Part shown: positions 12,136-27,000 of the stretch, piece by piece | Numbering within the stretch: the first letter of the stretch is position 1 | Layout of the letters: each line of letters opens with the position of its first letter | NCBI GenBank assembly: GCA_950097015.1 | Contig: CATNEN010000001.1 | Span: 21,576,001 to 21,640,000, forward strand | Reading direction: 5' to 3' | DNA from: Macrostomum hystrix | Taxonomy: Eukaryota > Animalia > Platyhelminthes | Length of the DNA: 64,000 bases | Translations under genes and position numbers: made by a program | Notes under the pieces: generated by a model | What the model saw: the letters and a program-made list of their open reading frames with translations, nothing else | The model's database searches: none | Told to the model about the DNA's origin: nothing

Positions 12136-12627
12136 AATATTGATAGGCTGCAGAGGGTTGAAACGAGGTAACACGTTGAGGCGCGAAGCTCATCCATCTC
12201 TGCGGTAGACTTATCCGTGTTAACTGGCGCCGTAGTCGACGGTTCAAGGTCGTTTCATCATGTCACATAGCGTGTTCTTTCCAAGAATCCCCTATTTTGA
12301 GGCTAAATCCCGGGATTAGAATGCCTAGTTGTTATACTCACCCTAACTTTGGCAGTAAAAATGTCTGCCTGCTTGAACTGTATATGGTCTCCAGCGACAC
12401 TCTTAGAGAAAACGTGCTTCGTTTTCCACTTCTGAGCGACAATTTGTGCAAATCCTATTATAGAAAGGAATTCTAGGTCTTACAGTCCGTAATGTTCCAC
12501 TGATAAGTTGTGATTTCCCAGACGAAAATTGGATAGGATGACTTTCGGGGCATTGAAAATGCAAAGATTTTTTCGTAGAAATTTTCCGTAACTAAGTTTA
12601 ACAGATTTCTCAACCCATTGTCTACAC

Positions 12628-13003
12628 CAGAGGCCCGATGCGGCCCTCGAAGCTCCCTAATCCGGCCCATTGCCCCTTCCAACACCTACAGTATCCTGTT
12701 CCATATTTCCCCGTCTCATCTCTCATATGGAGATGGAGAATCTCATCTCTCCCTTGTTCTCATTTTTCTCTCCCATCTCATCTCTCCCTTTCTCATCTCT
12801 TCCCTGTTTCATCTCTCCCCTGTCTTATCTCTCCCTCATCTCATCTCTTCCCTGTCTCATCTCTCCTCTGTCTCATCTCTCCCCTGTCTCATCTCTCCCA
12901 TGTCTCATCCCTTCCCTTTCTCATATTTCTACAGTTAAAGCGGCCCGCTGTCGTCTTTAAGGTTCTCTCAGCGCCCGCACGGTAATATGTTTGCCTACCC
13001 CTG
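12628..13003. mobile_element. hAT-type MITE with internal (TCTCA/TCTCC)n tract
   Basis: One intact end GTTTGCCTACCCCTG (reverse complement CAGGGGTAGGCAAAC), GCGGCCC subterminal motifs, 8-bp TSD GTCTACAC at 12620-12627 and 13004-13011; other TIR mostly deleted. Confidence 0.8.
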
Positions 13004-16000
13004 GTCTACACTTTTCTATTCAGCTTCAAAGGTAACCTTGTGTCGATTAGATTCTGTTTTTTTGGTCAGGAGACAATTATGCATCGTGCAGTATGCAGCA
13101 GCGTAATAGTAAAAATATGTTAAAAATGTGGCTTGTTTTTTAGTTTTGCTTATAATTTTTCGTTTATGAATCAGATTTTTCTATTTAGGTGAGTTTTTGC
13201 ACATATTGCCTAGGATGAATCAGACCCAAGCTAATTTAATGGGGGAGCGATGCCCCCATGTGGTGCAGGGGGACAGGAAGACTTCCAGTCCAAATGCTAT
13301 TTATAGAAGTCCTTGTTGGGTTGAGAGTACCAAAAAGAGGCCAAGCTAGAAGACTAAATGGAATGTAGCACACGATATGCTGCATATATAAACTTCAGCA
13401 AGCATTGCCCAAGCGAATCGGCTTATCAAATGTGTATTTAATTATGTTAGCTGTGTTCATAAACAAATCTGGGTGTAGTATCTTCTCCTATAGATCGAGC
13501 TGAGATAAGAATTAGGGAATCAAAATCAAACAGACTGTACACAGAATTTACATTGTAAAACCCATATCCTAAGTAAAACAGCTTAACACTTTATCTAATT
13601 ACGAATGTAGGAGCTTTCCAAATACACACTAAAGCCCACAATGAGCTCAGATTAATACTTCGCCTTTCGACTTCAATTCACTGACTTACAAGAAAAAAAT
13701 ATACGACGATTTTTCCTCTAAACATCTTTAGGTTATTTTCCTAGCTTTATGTTTGGAATTTCTTGAAAATATGTGCTCAAATGCGATTGCAAGGAAGCTG
13801 GTTGAAGATTAAAAAATTGATTTTAAGGTTAACATCTCCAAACAATTACGTAGTAATGACTAAATAACCATGGACTACTACGTTTTGTTTAGTAGTCCTT
13901 GCTCATTTAGTGAAGCATAAACGGCGATATTTCCCTAAAACTACTTGTTAGAAATAAAAAAAAATTTCAAACTTAGTTTGGGCTGCTTCCGAATACTTTT
14001 GTTGCGCCCATGACCAAATTGTGTTTAAAAAACTCGACTGTGTGTAACAACTATCTCCGACGGTGTAAAATTTACGCTTCCGTTACTTGTTAAATCAAAT
14101 ACACTACGTTCTTATGACGCAGAATTATTCATTAGCATTTGCAGCGCAGTATAAAATGCATATAAAAGCTTTATTATTAATTTTTTATTTTTTATGAAAA
14201 ATATATCTTTGCTCATCGTTAGTGCAAACAATAAATTATGTATTTCAACGGCGTTTAGTCAGATTAATATTTTGTCCTATCGTTGTAGTCTCTATTTTTT
14301 TGTGTAGTGAGAAATGTTGAAGCAGATAATCCAGTAGCATTTTCTGAACCTATTTAAAGCTTAAAACATGTCAGAACTTTGCTGAAGAAATCTGTTGCTA
14401 TCTGCTTTTGTGAGGCTGTTATATCCAACTTACAAGACAATTTCTAAATTCACAGTTTATACAAATATTTTAGCTTTATCCGACAAGAAAAATGTTAGGT
14501 AACTATACTTGGATGCTTCGTTTATGTTTTCGTTCTCAACTGTATAAAAATATCAAAAAGGACTATTAGCACCAGCTAATAGTTTAAACGTTTAAACTGA
14601 AAGTTGAAAACAATTATCCAACTACTCGATTGCAATAGGTAGAAAAAGAAACAAGAAAGAAAGTTACGAACTTACGATTACATATCTGACGCTTGATCTG
14701 ATTCGCTTCAGTTGTTTTCGGTTTGTTAAATAGACAAATATATAATTCTATAGATAGGTATCGTCTAATTTTATAAACAAGTTTTGTCTATCCCCTAAGT
14801 ACGAGTAAAAGTAACAATATTTAGATTTTAGATGCCTTATGGCTTACTTTTTACAGATAAGTTACTCGAATTTTTACGTTGGTTGAATGTTCAGCTCAGC
14901 TGACAGAGGTTGAAGTTTATCTAAAGCTCTGATCTAGCAAATTTATTATTTATAAATGTACATAATAAAGATATATCATTTAAATGCTATTATAATATAA
15001 TAATATATTATAATATTATTATAATATAATATAATATTATAATATGGAAGTTTAACTATTAATGATTTTTTAGTTGATGGCAATGGCGAATTTTGTATAT
15101 GTTTTTCTTGTATCATAAACTAAGATATCTACAAAAAAGTAGTTCATGAATGTTTAATAAATAATGTAGATACTGGAGCTCCCTTCATAGCATCAGCTTT
15201 TATCAATTTTCTTTTTGCGAGATTAGTCAGAGAGGCAAATAACAGAACTGAGTAATAAAATATTTTCGAATTGTTTGCAATTTAGTACATGTGACTCCCG
15301 AGTCCAAGCTAAGTTGGAATAGAAAACTGACTATGTATAGGAATAAGTTGACTCATGTACAGGAAAGTCGCGCTCTAGGTTAAATTGCCATGACTTAAAA
15401 CCCGGATTAAATTGATCAATCAACAATGACAGCAGACTGCTGGTTAGTGACGCTTTTCGTTTTCCGCCAAATTTTCCTATGAATTCCACGATCAATTTTT
15501 TTACTTGGCACTAGGTAGGGGAATGATTTCCTCATTTTACTGTCTGCAAGCAGACAGTGTAAGGCATTGTAAAAGCATTAATATTTGCTACCAAAGCATT
15601 CAGATGCCTCTCTAAGTTGGTCATAGTAATTTAGATTTATCGTTAGTGCAAGCAGCCAAGATAGAATAATTTTGGCAAATAATTTTGCAGTAGGTCCCTG
15701 CTGGTCCCCCCTGTCTCGCCTTGACAACTTGGCAAAGCCATTCTCGGCTTGTTTAACAACACCCACCTCTTGCGCTCCGTTGAGAGAAGGCGAAAGGCTT
15801 AAAATCACAGTTGAAAGCCCGCTAGCTCCCCTCTATACTCTCAACAAACAAACAGAGCAGTGCAGTTTGCTGCTCAAATAGGGGCCCTTTCAAAAGCCGG
15901 CTTCCAGATTTCAGTCCAGTTGGTTTGAGACCTGTCACAGCGGGCCATTGTGCAAGCCTGGCAGGTGCTTATTGACTGCACAGCAGCCATTGCAGCTTCA

Positions 16001-16909
16001 CTTGCTTGGTACACAATGCGCCGGCTTCTCCCTCTCTGTCTCTGTTGCTATGCAATCTGGAGCGTATATAATATGCGAACTTCTGCAGGCTTTGATAGGC
16101 CGGGCTAGAACTCAATGGTAGATGGAGAGAAAGAGATGGAGAGAGAAAATGCAGCTGGGGTTGGCAGAAACTCCCCCCCTCTACCCTTCACTCCGTCTGC
16201 AGACATTCGTCACATGATTTATTCGTTCTCACTTACAGCAAGCAGTTCTTATCTTTTTAGTTCAACAGCTGCTGACAAAGGCCCTTAGAGACGGCCTGAA
16301 TTTCATCTGTGATCTCTCTCTCTCCCTCCCTGTCCCTCTCGCCCTGAGTCCCAATCTGCAGCAGCATAATTAAAGCAGAGCTGGTTGGTTAAAATAGTCT
16401 TTTCAGTCGGCCGGCCCTGCTCCATTATTCAGCCGACACTAACCAGATGCCTGCTCTGATGGAAGGCGCACAAAGCGAGACAGGGGAGGAAAGCACACAG
16501 ACGGACTGAGAGCAGAGAGCACTGAGGGGCTGCTCCATTCGCCTTTGCGATAGAAACAGAGCGAGATAAATAGGAGGCAGGGTGGCATTGGAGTGCTCTA
16601 AGTGCATCTCGTAGGAAAAAAGGTGTCTCTAACGAGTGTTTGCTTCGCCGCTATTAGCTCTACCTAACAAAAACTTAGGGGATTATTCGACCTTTTAGCA
16701 ACGCGAATAAAGAGGAGATGCGACCGGGCGCAAAGCCATCACCCGTTAATCCAGCGCATAATTCGCTTTGACTCATTCCAGTCTAGAAACCCCTGAAGAC
16801 AAAAACAAAAGAAACACAAAAAGCATCTAGCGGCGCAAGTATAAGACATCAGGACTGACAGCCTCTAAGGCCTGACCCCGGAACTGACACTGCTCAAGCT
16901 CCTTGAGCA

Positions 16910-19900
16910 ATGACCAGCGCCCTGATGGAGCACAGCAGCGTTGGCAGCCTCCTGACCACCAGGCGGCAGGCTCGCGAAGAGCGGCGCAGGCAGAAGCGCA
17001 TTGTGATCTTCTGCAACGGCGACATCTTCTTCAAGGGCAAGAAGCTGAGCATCACGCCCAATCGGTACGTGTCCTACAATGACCTGCTGCAGGACCTGAC
17101 CTACCGGATGCCGCAGAATCTGTACCTGCCCAACGGTGTCCGCCAGCTGTTCTCACCCAGCAGCGGCCGGCGGCTGGCCAGCGTCTCCGACCTTCGCGAC
17201 GGCGGCGCCTACGTGTGCGCCGGCAATGAGACCTTCAAGCCCGTCAAGTACGGAGCTGCGGAACTGCTGCCCTGGGGCAAAGGTGAGCGAATTGCGTGCG
17301 GGATTATAATTATAATATTAATAATTGCAATGGCGCATCAGTTGGTGACACTAGATCCGCAGCCAGCGAGGAGGCAATTCTGCCCATTTCGCTGACTCCT
17401 GAGCACACACGCACACAGATACTGTACGCAGGCACACACAGGCGTGTACATCTGCCCTGACTTTCTAAATTTTACGACAAGCCCCTAAGCCGTCTCTACG
17501 AGGCTGCGCCCCAAATGAATGTGGCCTCGCCGCGGAATCGAACTCAGGGACCTTGTTGCGAGAGGAAAATGCGTTAGACCGCTCTGCCACTGACCTCCCA
17601 TTGGAGAGACTTTGAGCATTAATCCTAACAAATGGATAACCAAGTACAGTACAATTCTAAAGTCCCTGTACTGTACTCAACCCTCAAAGCCGTTATTGGA
17701 GTGGGTAGAAATCTCCATGGACTGGGCAGTCGACCCCGAAATTGATTATTGCTGGTATTCGAGCTCCTAAATCAGAATTCTTATACTTGGTTTTACTTGG
17801 AATTTACTTGGAATAAAAGTACAGATTCACATTGTCTACCAGCGTCAGTATTTGTTGATTACATCAATAATTTTCCCAGTTTTAGTAAGTCGAAACTAAA
17901 AATTCGCTTCGCTTGTTGCGCCAAAGAATTACAAAGATAATTGGACAATTAAAAGCGGAACACCCCCCGGTTAATTTCAGATGTTGAGAGGCCAGGTTTG
18001 TTTGTTAAAGTTGATTTCATTTTTTTTCTCATTTTAGATGTGAAAACTCTTTTTTTCTATTCCTAAAGAAACTATAGGAAATCCCTACTTTGCTTCAAAT
18101 ATTTATTTTCTGCTGCTTCAAAAACGACACATTTTGGGGCCTTTGAAGACGATGCGAACAAAAACAGTTACTCCGTGAGTTACTAGTTGAGTTGCTAGTG
18201 TGAAATCTCTTTACAACCTAAACAACAGACATTAAAATCGATTGCTGGCAGCAGACAATAGCATCGCTTTTTCATTACCTGCTTTTTCTTACCTGTTCAT
18301 TCGCTCCTTATATGAACGGCACTGAGCGCGAGAAAAATGTGTGACGCAGTGGTGAAAATTTAGCGCCTTTAGTCTACCTGCCTGTCTGCTAATGGAATAA
18401 AATGAAATTAAAAACTATGAAAGGTTCTCAACTCAACGCGTTTTTTATGACTCGCAAAGTAACAATAGTGGAATAGAAGCGGAAGGCGAACAGCTCATGC
18501 TGTACACCAGACAGGCGGGGACACTTACAGATAGAAGCACCGATAGAAAGACAAACAATATAAATATTCACTGGCAGACAGACAAATTGATAGGCAGACT
18601 GGTAGATTGATAAAAAAAGACTGGTAGATTGATACAGAGACTGGTAGATTGATAGAAAGCCAGACGTATCCCCAGATCAGATAAAAGGGCAAGGTTTTAT
18701 CAAGTGACCTGAGCAAGTCTGCTTATCAGCTTCCTGACTGAGCACACGGATACACCGTTAGACTCATCTGAGCTCACCTCACCGCTAATAAACCGAAAAT
18801 GTCATTTCTCCCAGGTGCCCAGTCCAACAGCAACTTCGACGCCTCAGTCTATGGTGGTGGCGGGGCTGCCGCCATCGCCGCCCCCAGCTCCTCCCAGTTC
18901 GCCGGCTACAACGCCTTCCCACCGTCGAAGTTTCTCAAACGGCAGCAACACAATGCTCTGCAGCAGCAGCAGCAGCAGCATCTGCAGCTGCAGTTGCAAC
19001 AGAAGCAGCCGGAGTCCAGTCGGATTGCGGCATTGCGCGGCTCTCACAGTCGAGACGATGTCGCCGGCGACTCGTCCGGCATTGCGGGCGGCGTCACCCG
19101 ACAGCCGAAGGTCGTCACAATCGTCAAGGACGGTCCCAGACCGCGCCAAGTGGTCAAGATCCTGCTGAATCGTCGGGGAGTTCAAAGCTTCCAGCAGCTG
19201 CTGGCTGACATCTCCGATTCGTTCGGCGGAGGCCGTCGGACGGGTCGGCTGCGCCGGCTGTGGAGCATCGCCGGTCGCGAGGTTCGCGACGTCGGCGACC
19301 TGTTCCGCGATGAGGAGCTGTTCGTTGGCAGTGCCGGCGAGGAGGCGATGGCGCTGGACCGCGTCGCCGACCTTCTCGATGAGCTCTATCCAGGCAACGC
19401 CGACGTCAAGTCGCTCCTTCGGCACTGGGAGAGGCGGCTTCGCCGTCAGGAAAAACGGCGCGGCAGTCGGGGCCACGTGGCTCCTCAGCAGCTGCCGCCG
19501 CCACGAGTCGAAGAGCGGGACAGCGGCTATGAGGAGGCCGAAGTTTTAGTGTCGACACCGTCGGCTCAGCAGCAGCAGGCTGGGGCGCCGTTGCGAGGGG
19601 AGCCGCTCAGGCAGGCCCTGGCGGCCAGGCGGCACTCGAAGCCGCTGCCGCTGATTCACGAGCCTTCGACGCAGCCGGCGCCGCCCGACGCCGAGGAGGC
19701 AAACCGACAGCAGCGGCTGGCGGAGGAGCAGCGGCTCGCTGACGAGGCCGCCACTGCAAAGCGGGACAAGCAGCGCAGGCTTGGGAAACAGCGAGAGGCT
19801 CCAGTCAGTAAGCAGCAGCAGGTTAAGGGTCGCGTGGTGCTGCCTCCGATTCAGGCATCAGCGAAGGAGCCGCAGCAGGCACCGACCAGCGACAAGGAGA

Positions 19901-19944
19901 AAAAAGCAGCCGAGAAGCAGGCGGCTCGCAAGGAGAAGAAGGCT

Positions 19945-19977
<33 letters not shown>

Positions 19978-22686
19978 GAGGAGGAAAGTCAGCCGCAGCC
20001 GTTGCCTGCACTGCCGCAGATTCCAGCAGAATCCGCCGGCGTTGAGAAGAAGTCGCCTCATCACCAGCCAAAGCAGCAGCAGCAGCAGCCGACGCGAAGA
20101 TCGGTAACCCCTGAGCAGCCATCAACCCCAGCCGGCCGGATTCTGTCCCCGGTTCGCGAGGAGGAGAAGGAGGCAACACAGGCCACGGCATCGGCTGTCG
20201 GTGGAGTCGCAACCGCCGCGGCCACCGGGGTGACGCGGACGGAGGCCTCGCTGAAGGGCGAAGCCGCGGCTGCCACCACGGCGAGCGCAGAGACGCCCAG
20301 AAAGCACGAAGTCAAGAGAGCCGAGAAGTCGACTGACAATGCGGCATCCAAGCCAGCATCAGCCAAGGAGAAGGCCAAGAAGGAGACGCAGCAGCAACAG
20401 CAGCAGCAGCGGCAGACTCCTAGAAAGAGCGCCTCAAAGAAGCCGCCGGACAATCAGAAGGAAGCGGAGAAATCTTCGGAGCCACCGGCAGCGGATTCGC
20501 AGCGCCCGCTGATTCGCCCGATCTCCTCCAGCCGCTTCATCAACGAGCGCTACGAGCTGGGCAAGACCATGGGCGACGGCAACTTTGCCATCGTCCGAGC
20601 CTGCGTGAAGAAGGAGAGCAAAAACGAGTACGCCATGAAGGTGATCGACAAGTCCAAGCTCAGGGGCAAAGAGCACATGGTCATCAACGAGGTTCGGATC
20701 ATGAAACTCTGCCAGCACCCCAACATTGTCCGCCTGCTGGAAGAGTACGAGACGCGGACTGAGATCTACCTGGTCATGGAGCTGGTGAAGGGCGGCGACC
20801 TGTTCGACGCCATCAGCCAGGTGGTGAAGTTCAACGAGACCCAGGCGTCGCACATGGTGGCCGATATGGCCAGCGCCCTGTTCTACCTGCACAGCAGGAA
20901 CATTGTGCACCGAGATCTGAAACCAGAGAACCTACTGGTCAGTAGTATGCTACTTTCAACTAGTTATCTAGATTGATGGAAGCTAGACAAAGATCATAAA
21001 AATTTTCCCTCGGGACCGAAATTCGAACTCACGACCTCTCGGGAAACGAGCTCCCAAGTACTTTCAAGTCCGATGACTTAATTTAGATTCTACTTAGTTT
21101 AGTTTAGTTAAGTTACATTTAGAAGGACCACAAGGGGATTTCAAATACCCGCTGCCTACTTCACGACAGCTCCCAAAACGAATGACCGATTTTTGTGAAA
21201 GTCCACCCTATGGATGAAAGTTTTCCGCCCTCTATAATGAACAAACTTTCAAAGCCGTCCGATGTCAGCATCGTCGAGATATTCAACGATTCTTGTCGGA
21301 GACCTTGGTGACAACTAACAGCTAGCATAGCTCTTTTTGTGATTCTGGAAGTCGTTTCATCGTGTATAGCGGAGACTTTAAGCCCCTGTTCTGGATTTCC
21401 ATCATGCGGATATGTGGAAAAACCTTCACTAGTATTTCTGGTGTTAAAAACACTATAGCCGCTCAGTCGATTCGAACCCGGGACCTTCCGAGTCGTAGAC
21501 CAATCCGATACCGCTTGGCTAGATAAATAAGTGATTTGGAAGTTTCTCTGTATTTTTCAGGTGTATCGGAGCAAGGACAACAAAATCAGTTTGAAACTCG
21601 GCGACTTTGGCTTGGCCATGGAGGTTGACAAGCCGATTTATACCGTGTGTGGCACCCCAACCTATGTTGCGCCAGAGATTCTAGAGGAGCGAGGTGAGAA
21701 CTGCAGATTGCCTTTGCAGTTTCCTGGAACGGATTCTTTGAGCTCTTGTTAGACAGGTGCCTACCTGTTAGACATATGTCCCTACCTGTTAGACATAGAT
21801 GACTACCTGTTAGACAAAGATGCCTACCTGTTAGACAGAAGTGCCTAACTGTTAGACAGCGGTGCCTATCTGTTAGACAGCGGTGCCTACCTGTTAGACA
21901 TGCCTACCTGTTAGACACAAGTGCCTACCTGTTAGACAGAAGTGACAACCTGTAAGACAGAAGTGCCTACCTGTTAGACAGAAGTGACAACCTGTTAGAC
22001 AGAAGTGCCTACCTGTTAGACAGAAGTGACAACCTGTAAGACAGAAGTGCCTACCTGTTAGACAGAAGTGCCTACCTGTTAGACAGAAGTGCCTACCTGT
22101 TAGACAGAAGTAGATGTAGGTCAACCATTCCGATACTCACCTTGCAGGCTACGGACTCGAAGTAGACCTGTGGGCCCTGGGAGTCATCACCTACATCCTG
22201 CTGTGCGGCTTCCCGCCGTTCAGAAGTCGTGAGCGCCGACAAACCGAGCTGTTCCAGTTCATCAAGTCAGGCGTGTTCGAATTCCTCAGCCCCTACTGGG
22301 ATCACATATCCCTGTGTGAGTGTGGAATTCCGATAAAATCAATTTATCGATTTATTGAAGATCGTTTGACCGTCAATTATCCCTCTTAATCACATTTATC
22401 TTCCTATCTCCCAATTTCACTGCTTCTACCATCTCCAGCCGCAAAGGACCTAATCCAGAGACTGCTGGTGGTTGACAGAAGGCGCCGGTACACAGCTGTG
22501 GACGTGCTGTGCCACCCATGGGTGATAAGCCTCGGCGGCTCCAGGAAGCTGCCGCCCAATCTGAGCATGAAGGAGCAGCAGGCGAAGCTGCGAGACCAGC
22601 TGGTCAAGCAGGCCGAGGAGGGCATGGCGGAGTTCCAGCAGGTCAAAGCCAACAGCATCTACGGAGTGCAAGCCAATGCAAAGTAG
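16910..22686 (+). CDS. Doublecortin-like kinase (DCLK3-like), 5 exons: 16910-17282, 18815-20937, 21561-21693, 22148-22315, 22439-22686 (~1014 aa)
   Basis: Two DCX domains ([16 protein letters not shown]; [18 protein letters not shown]), Q/E/K-rich linker, CAMK-type kinase ([39 protein letters not shown]); phase-consistent, 3045 nt. Confidence 0.93.
17300..17592 (-). mobile_element. SINE family B in DCLK intron 1
   Basis: Matches 7885-8232, including tRNA head and (ATT)n tail, with an internal deletion. Confidence 0.85.
21085..21523 (-). mobile_element. SINE family C (tRNA head, ~440 bp, (CTAAA)n tail) in DCLK intron 2
   Basis: Minus strand TAGCCAAGCGG...GGGTTCGAATC head; body matches 62215-62375. 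Confidence 0.7.
21748..22110. repeat. ~21-22 bp minisatellite (CCTGTTAGACAGAAGTGCCTA)n filling DCLK intron 3
   Basis: Directly visible tandem array. Confidence 0.95.
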
Positions 22687-22744
22687 ATCCCATACGATTG
22701 AGGCTAAACACTTCAGGACTTCGTGGCTAAAACCCTACTACCGT

Positions 22745-23000
22745 TTCTTAGAATCCCAACGGCGATTTCTTAGAATCCGAATCACGATATCTCATAATCC
22801 AAGTTAAGATTTCTAAGAATCTTAAATACGATTTCGTGGAATCCCGACAACGATTTCTTGGAAATTTGACTATAATTTCTAAGAATCTTGACTTCGTTTT
22901 CTACGAACCGCAAGAATAATTTCCATGAAATGCAAGTAGTTTCTAAGAAACGCAAATACGATTTCTAGGAATCCGGAATACAATTTTTTAAGAATCGCAA
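22745..23000. repeat. Degenerate (ATTTCTAAGAATCC)-type repeat 3' of the DCLK stop
   Basis: Reverse complement of the 15-bp family found in PIGW introns. Confidence 0.6.
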
Positions 23001-24047
23001 CACCTTTAATGATCTTAAATATGATTTCCGTTAACAGGACTTTCGCATAGGGATTTTTATTGGAGGCAAAAGTCCTTATAGAGAGACTTCACAATTCAAT
23101 CATTCAAAATATTCCTAGCTCACCTATTTGGTTACTTCCATTTTGTTTCTTAATAAAGCAGTGATTGATCTATTTTACAAATTCAATGTTTGCCTTTTAT
23201 TTAACCAGCTGGATTCAAAGCTTCGAAAATGTACTTTCAAAATGTATTCCCCCCCCGAGTTATTTTATCACGATTCTACTATCGTGAGTAGGTATAGCGC
23301 ATTTTTTGTACATTTCTACTTCTTGCTAAACTGTGCCTTGATATCGGAGCAGATGGTGTCACAGAGCTAGAGTTCTATTTTTGATTGGTTTATTGTGTTT
23401 TGCACGCAGAAATCAGCCATTGTACCTCAAGTACTCGTAATGACCAAATGAACAGCTACCGCGGTATAGAAACTATCTATTATTTTGTCTCAGTGCCTTA
23501 TGAAAACAAAGACCACTAAACATTGGTCTGCTCCCGTAAGATGCTTTCAGTATTTGTTAGTATTTGCAAACATATATAAAACAGCAACACGGTACAGTAT
23601 AACTCACTTTCGCCAACAATCCAATTACTGTCTATTGTTTCTCGTCTACTTACAACAGTGCCTATGCCATAGCTAATATATAACTGTTATTTGCTACTCT
23701 TAGCAGTATAAGCGTACATACATATAGCAAATTAGCAGACTTTTTACTTATTTTGTCCCGGAGTTTGTACACCTGTAGATTTTAACTGTTTCCGTGCCTT
23801 GACTTTTAACAGAAGATATAATATATTTTTCGGAATGTCTGTACAACTCTAGAGTATTGTAGAGTTGTTTAGTTTTTGAATCAATCAGAATTCAGAAAAA
23901 TACAAATTGTGATTGGACCTTCATAATTCTCTTCCTAGTGCTAGAAAAATATGAAATTTAATAATTGAAAAAAATTTTCTGCATGAACTTTTTTTACATT
24001 AACAGATTCAACAACAAATGAGAACTTAGATAATGATTATTTATTGA

Positions 24048-27000
24048 AATGATCCCCAGCAGATCCCAATGATCCCCAGCAGATCCTAATGATCCTCAGC
24101 AGATCCCAATGATCCCCAGTAGATCCCAATGATCCCCAGCAGATCCTAATGATCCCAAGCAGATCCCAATGATCCCAAGCAGATCCCAATGATCCTCAGC
24201 AGATCCCAATGATCCCCAGTAGATCCCAATGATCCCCAGCAGATCCCAATGATCCCAAGCAGATCCCAATGATCCCCAGCAGATCCTAATGATCCTCAGC
24301 AGATCCCGGTGATCCCCAGCAGATCCTAATGATCCTCAGCAGATCCCGGTGATCCCCAGCAGATCCTAATGATCCTCAGCAGATCTTAATGATCACAAGC
24401 AGATCCCAATGATCCTCAGCAGATCCCAATGATCCTCAGCAGATCCCGGTGATCCTCAGCAGATCCCAATGATCCTCAGCAGATCCCAATGATCCTCAGC
24501 AGATCCCAATGATCCTCAGCAGATCTTAATGATCCTCAGCAGATCCCAATGATCCCCAGCAGATCCCAATGATCCTCAGCAGATCCTAATGATCCTCAGC
24601 AGATCTTAATGATCACAAGCAGATCCCAATGATCCTCAGCAGATCTTAATGATCCTCAGCAGATCCCAATGATCCCCAGCAGATCCCAATGATCCTCAGC
24701 AGATCCCGGTGATCCCCAGCAGATCTTAATGATCACAAGCAGATCTTAATGATCCCCAGCAGATCTTAATGATCACAAGCAGATCTTAATGATCCCCAGC
24801 AGATCTTAATGATCACAAGCAGATCTTAATGATCCCCAGCAGATCTTAATGATCACAAGCAGATCCCAATGATCCTCAGCAGATACCAATGATCCTCAGC
24901 AGATCCCGGTGATCCCCAGCAGATCCTAATGATCCTCAGCAGATCCCAATGATCCTCAGCAGATCCCAATGATCCCCAGTAGATCCCAATGATCCCCAGC
25001 AGATCCTAATGATCACAAGCAGATCCCAATGATCCTCAGCAGATCCCAATGATCCCCAGTAGATCCCAATGATCCCCAGCAGATCCTAATGATCCCAAGC
25101 AGATCCCAATGATCCTCAGCAGATCCCGGTGATCCCCAGCAGATCTTAATGATCCCCAGCAGATCCCAATGATCCCCAGCAGATCCCAATGATCCTCAGC
25201 AGATCCCGGTGATCCCCAGCAGATCTTAATGATCACAAGCAGATCTTAATGATCCCCAGCAGATCTTAATGATCACAAGCAGATCTTAATGATCCCCAGC
25301 AGATCTTAATGATCACAAGCAGATCTTAATGATCCCCAGCAGATCTTAATGATCCCCAGCAGATCTTAATGATCACAAGCAGATCCCAATGATCCTCAGC
25401 AGATACCAATGATCCTCAGCAGATCCCGGTGATCCCCAGCAGATCCTAATGATCCTCAGCAGATCCCAATGATCCTCAGCAGATCCCAATGATCCCCAGT
25501 AGATCCCAATGATCCCCAGCAGATCCTAATGATCACAAGCAGATCCCAATGATCCTCAGCAGATCCCAATGATCCCCAGTAGATCCCAATGATCCCCAGC
25601 AGATCCTAATGATCCCAAGCAGATCCCAATGATCCTCAGCAGATCCCGGTGATCCCCAGCAGATCTTAATGATCACAAGCAGATCTTAATGATCCCCAGC
25701 AGATCTTAATGATCCCCAGCAGATCTTAATGATCACAAGCAGATCCCAATGATCCTCAGCAGATACCAATGATCCTCAGCAGATCCCGGTGATCCCCAGC
25801 AGATCCTAATGATCCTCAGCAGATCCCAATGATCCTCAGCAGATCCCAATGATCCCCAGTAGATCCCAATGATCCCCAGCAGATCCTAATGATCACAAGC
25901 AGATCCCAATGATCCTCAGCAGATCCCAATGATCCCCAGTAGATCCCAATGATCCCCAGCAGATCCTAATGATCCCAAGCAGATCCCAATGATCCTCAGC
26001 AGATCCCGGTGATCCCAGCAGATCCTAATGATTCTCAGCAGATCCCAATGATTCTCAGCAGATCCCAATGATCCTCAGCAGATCCCAATGATCCCCAGTA
26101 GATCCCAATGATCCCCAGCAGATCCTAATGATCACAAGCAGATCCCAATGATCCTCAGCAGATCCCAATGATCCCCAGTAGATCCCAATGATCCCCAGCA
26201 GATCCTAATGATCCTCAGCAGATCCCAATGATCCCCAGCAGATCTTAATGATCCCCAGTAGATCTTAATGATCACAAGCAGATCCCAATGATCCTCAGCA
26301 GATACCAATGATCCTCAGCAGATCCCGGTGATCCCCAGCAGATCCTAATGATCCTCAGCAGATCCCAATGATCCTCAGCAGATCCCAATGATCCCCAGTA
26401 GATCCCAATGATCCCCAGCAGATCCTAATGATCACAAGCAGATCCCAATGATCCTCAGCAGATCCCAATGATCCCCAGTAGATCCCAATGATCCCCAGCA
26501 GATCCTAATGATCCCAAGCAGATCCCAATGATCCTCAGCAGATCCCGGTGATCCCAGCAGATCCCAATGATCCCCAGCAGATCCTAATGATTCTCAGCAG
26601 ATCCCAATGATCCTCAGCAGATCCCAATGATCCCCAGTAGATCCCAATGATCCCCAGCAGATCCTAATGATCACAAGCAGATCCCAATGATCCTCAGCAG
26701 ATCCCAATGATCCCCAGTAGATCCCAATGATCCCCAGTAGATCCCAATGATCCCCAGCAGATCCTAATGATCCTCAGCAGATCCCAAGGATCCTCAGCAG
26801 ATCCCAATGATCCTCAGCAGATCCCGGTGATCCCCAGCAGATCCTAATGATCCCAAGCAGATCCCAATGATCCTCAGCAGATCCCAATGATCCTCAGCAG
26901 ATCCCAATGATCCCCAGTAGATCCCAATGATCCCCAGCAGATCCTAATGATCCTCAGCAGATCCCAATGATCCCCAGCAGATCTTAATGATCCCCAGTAG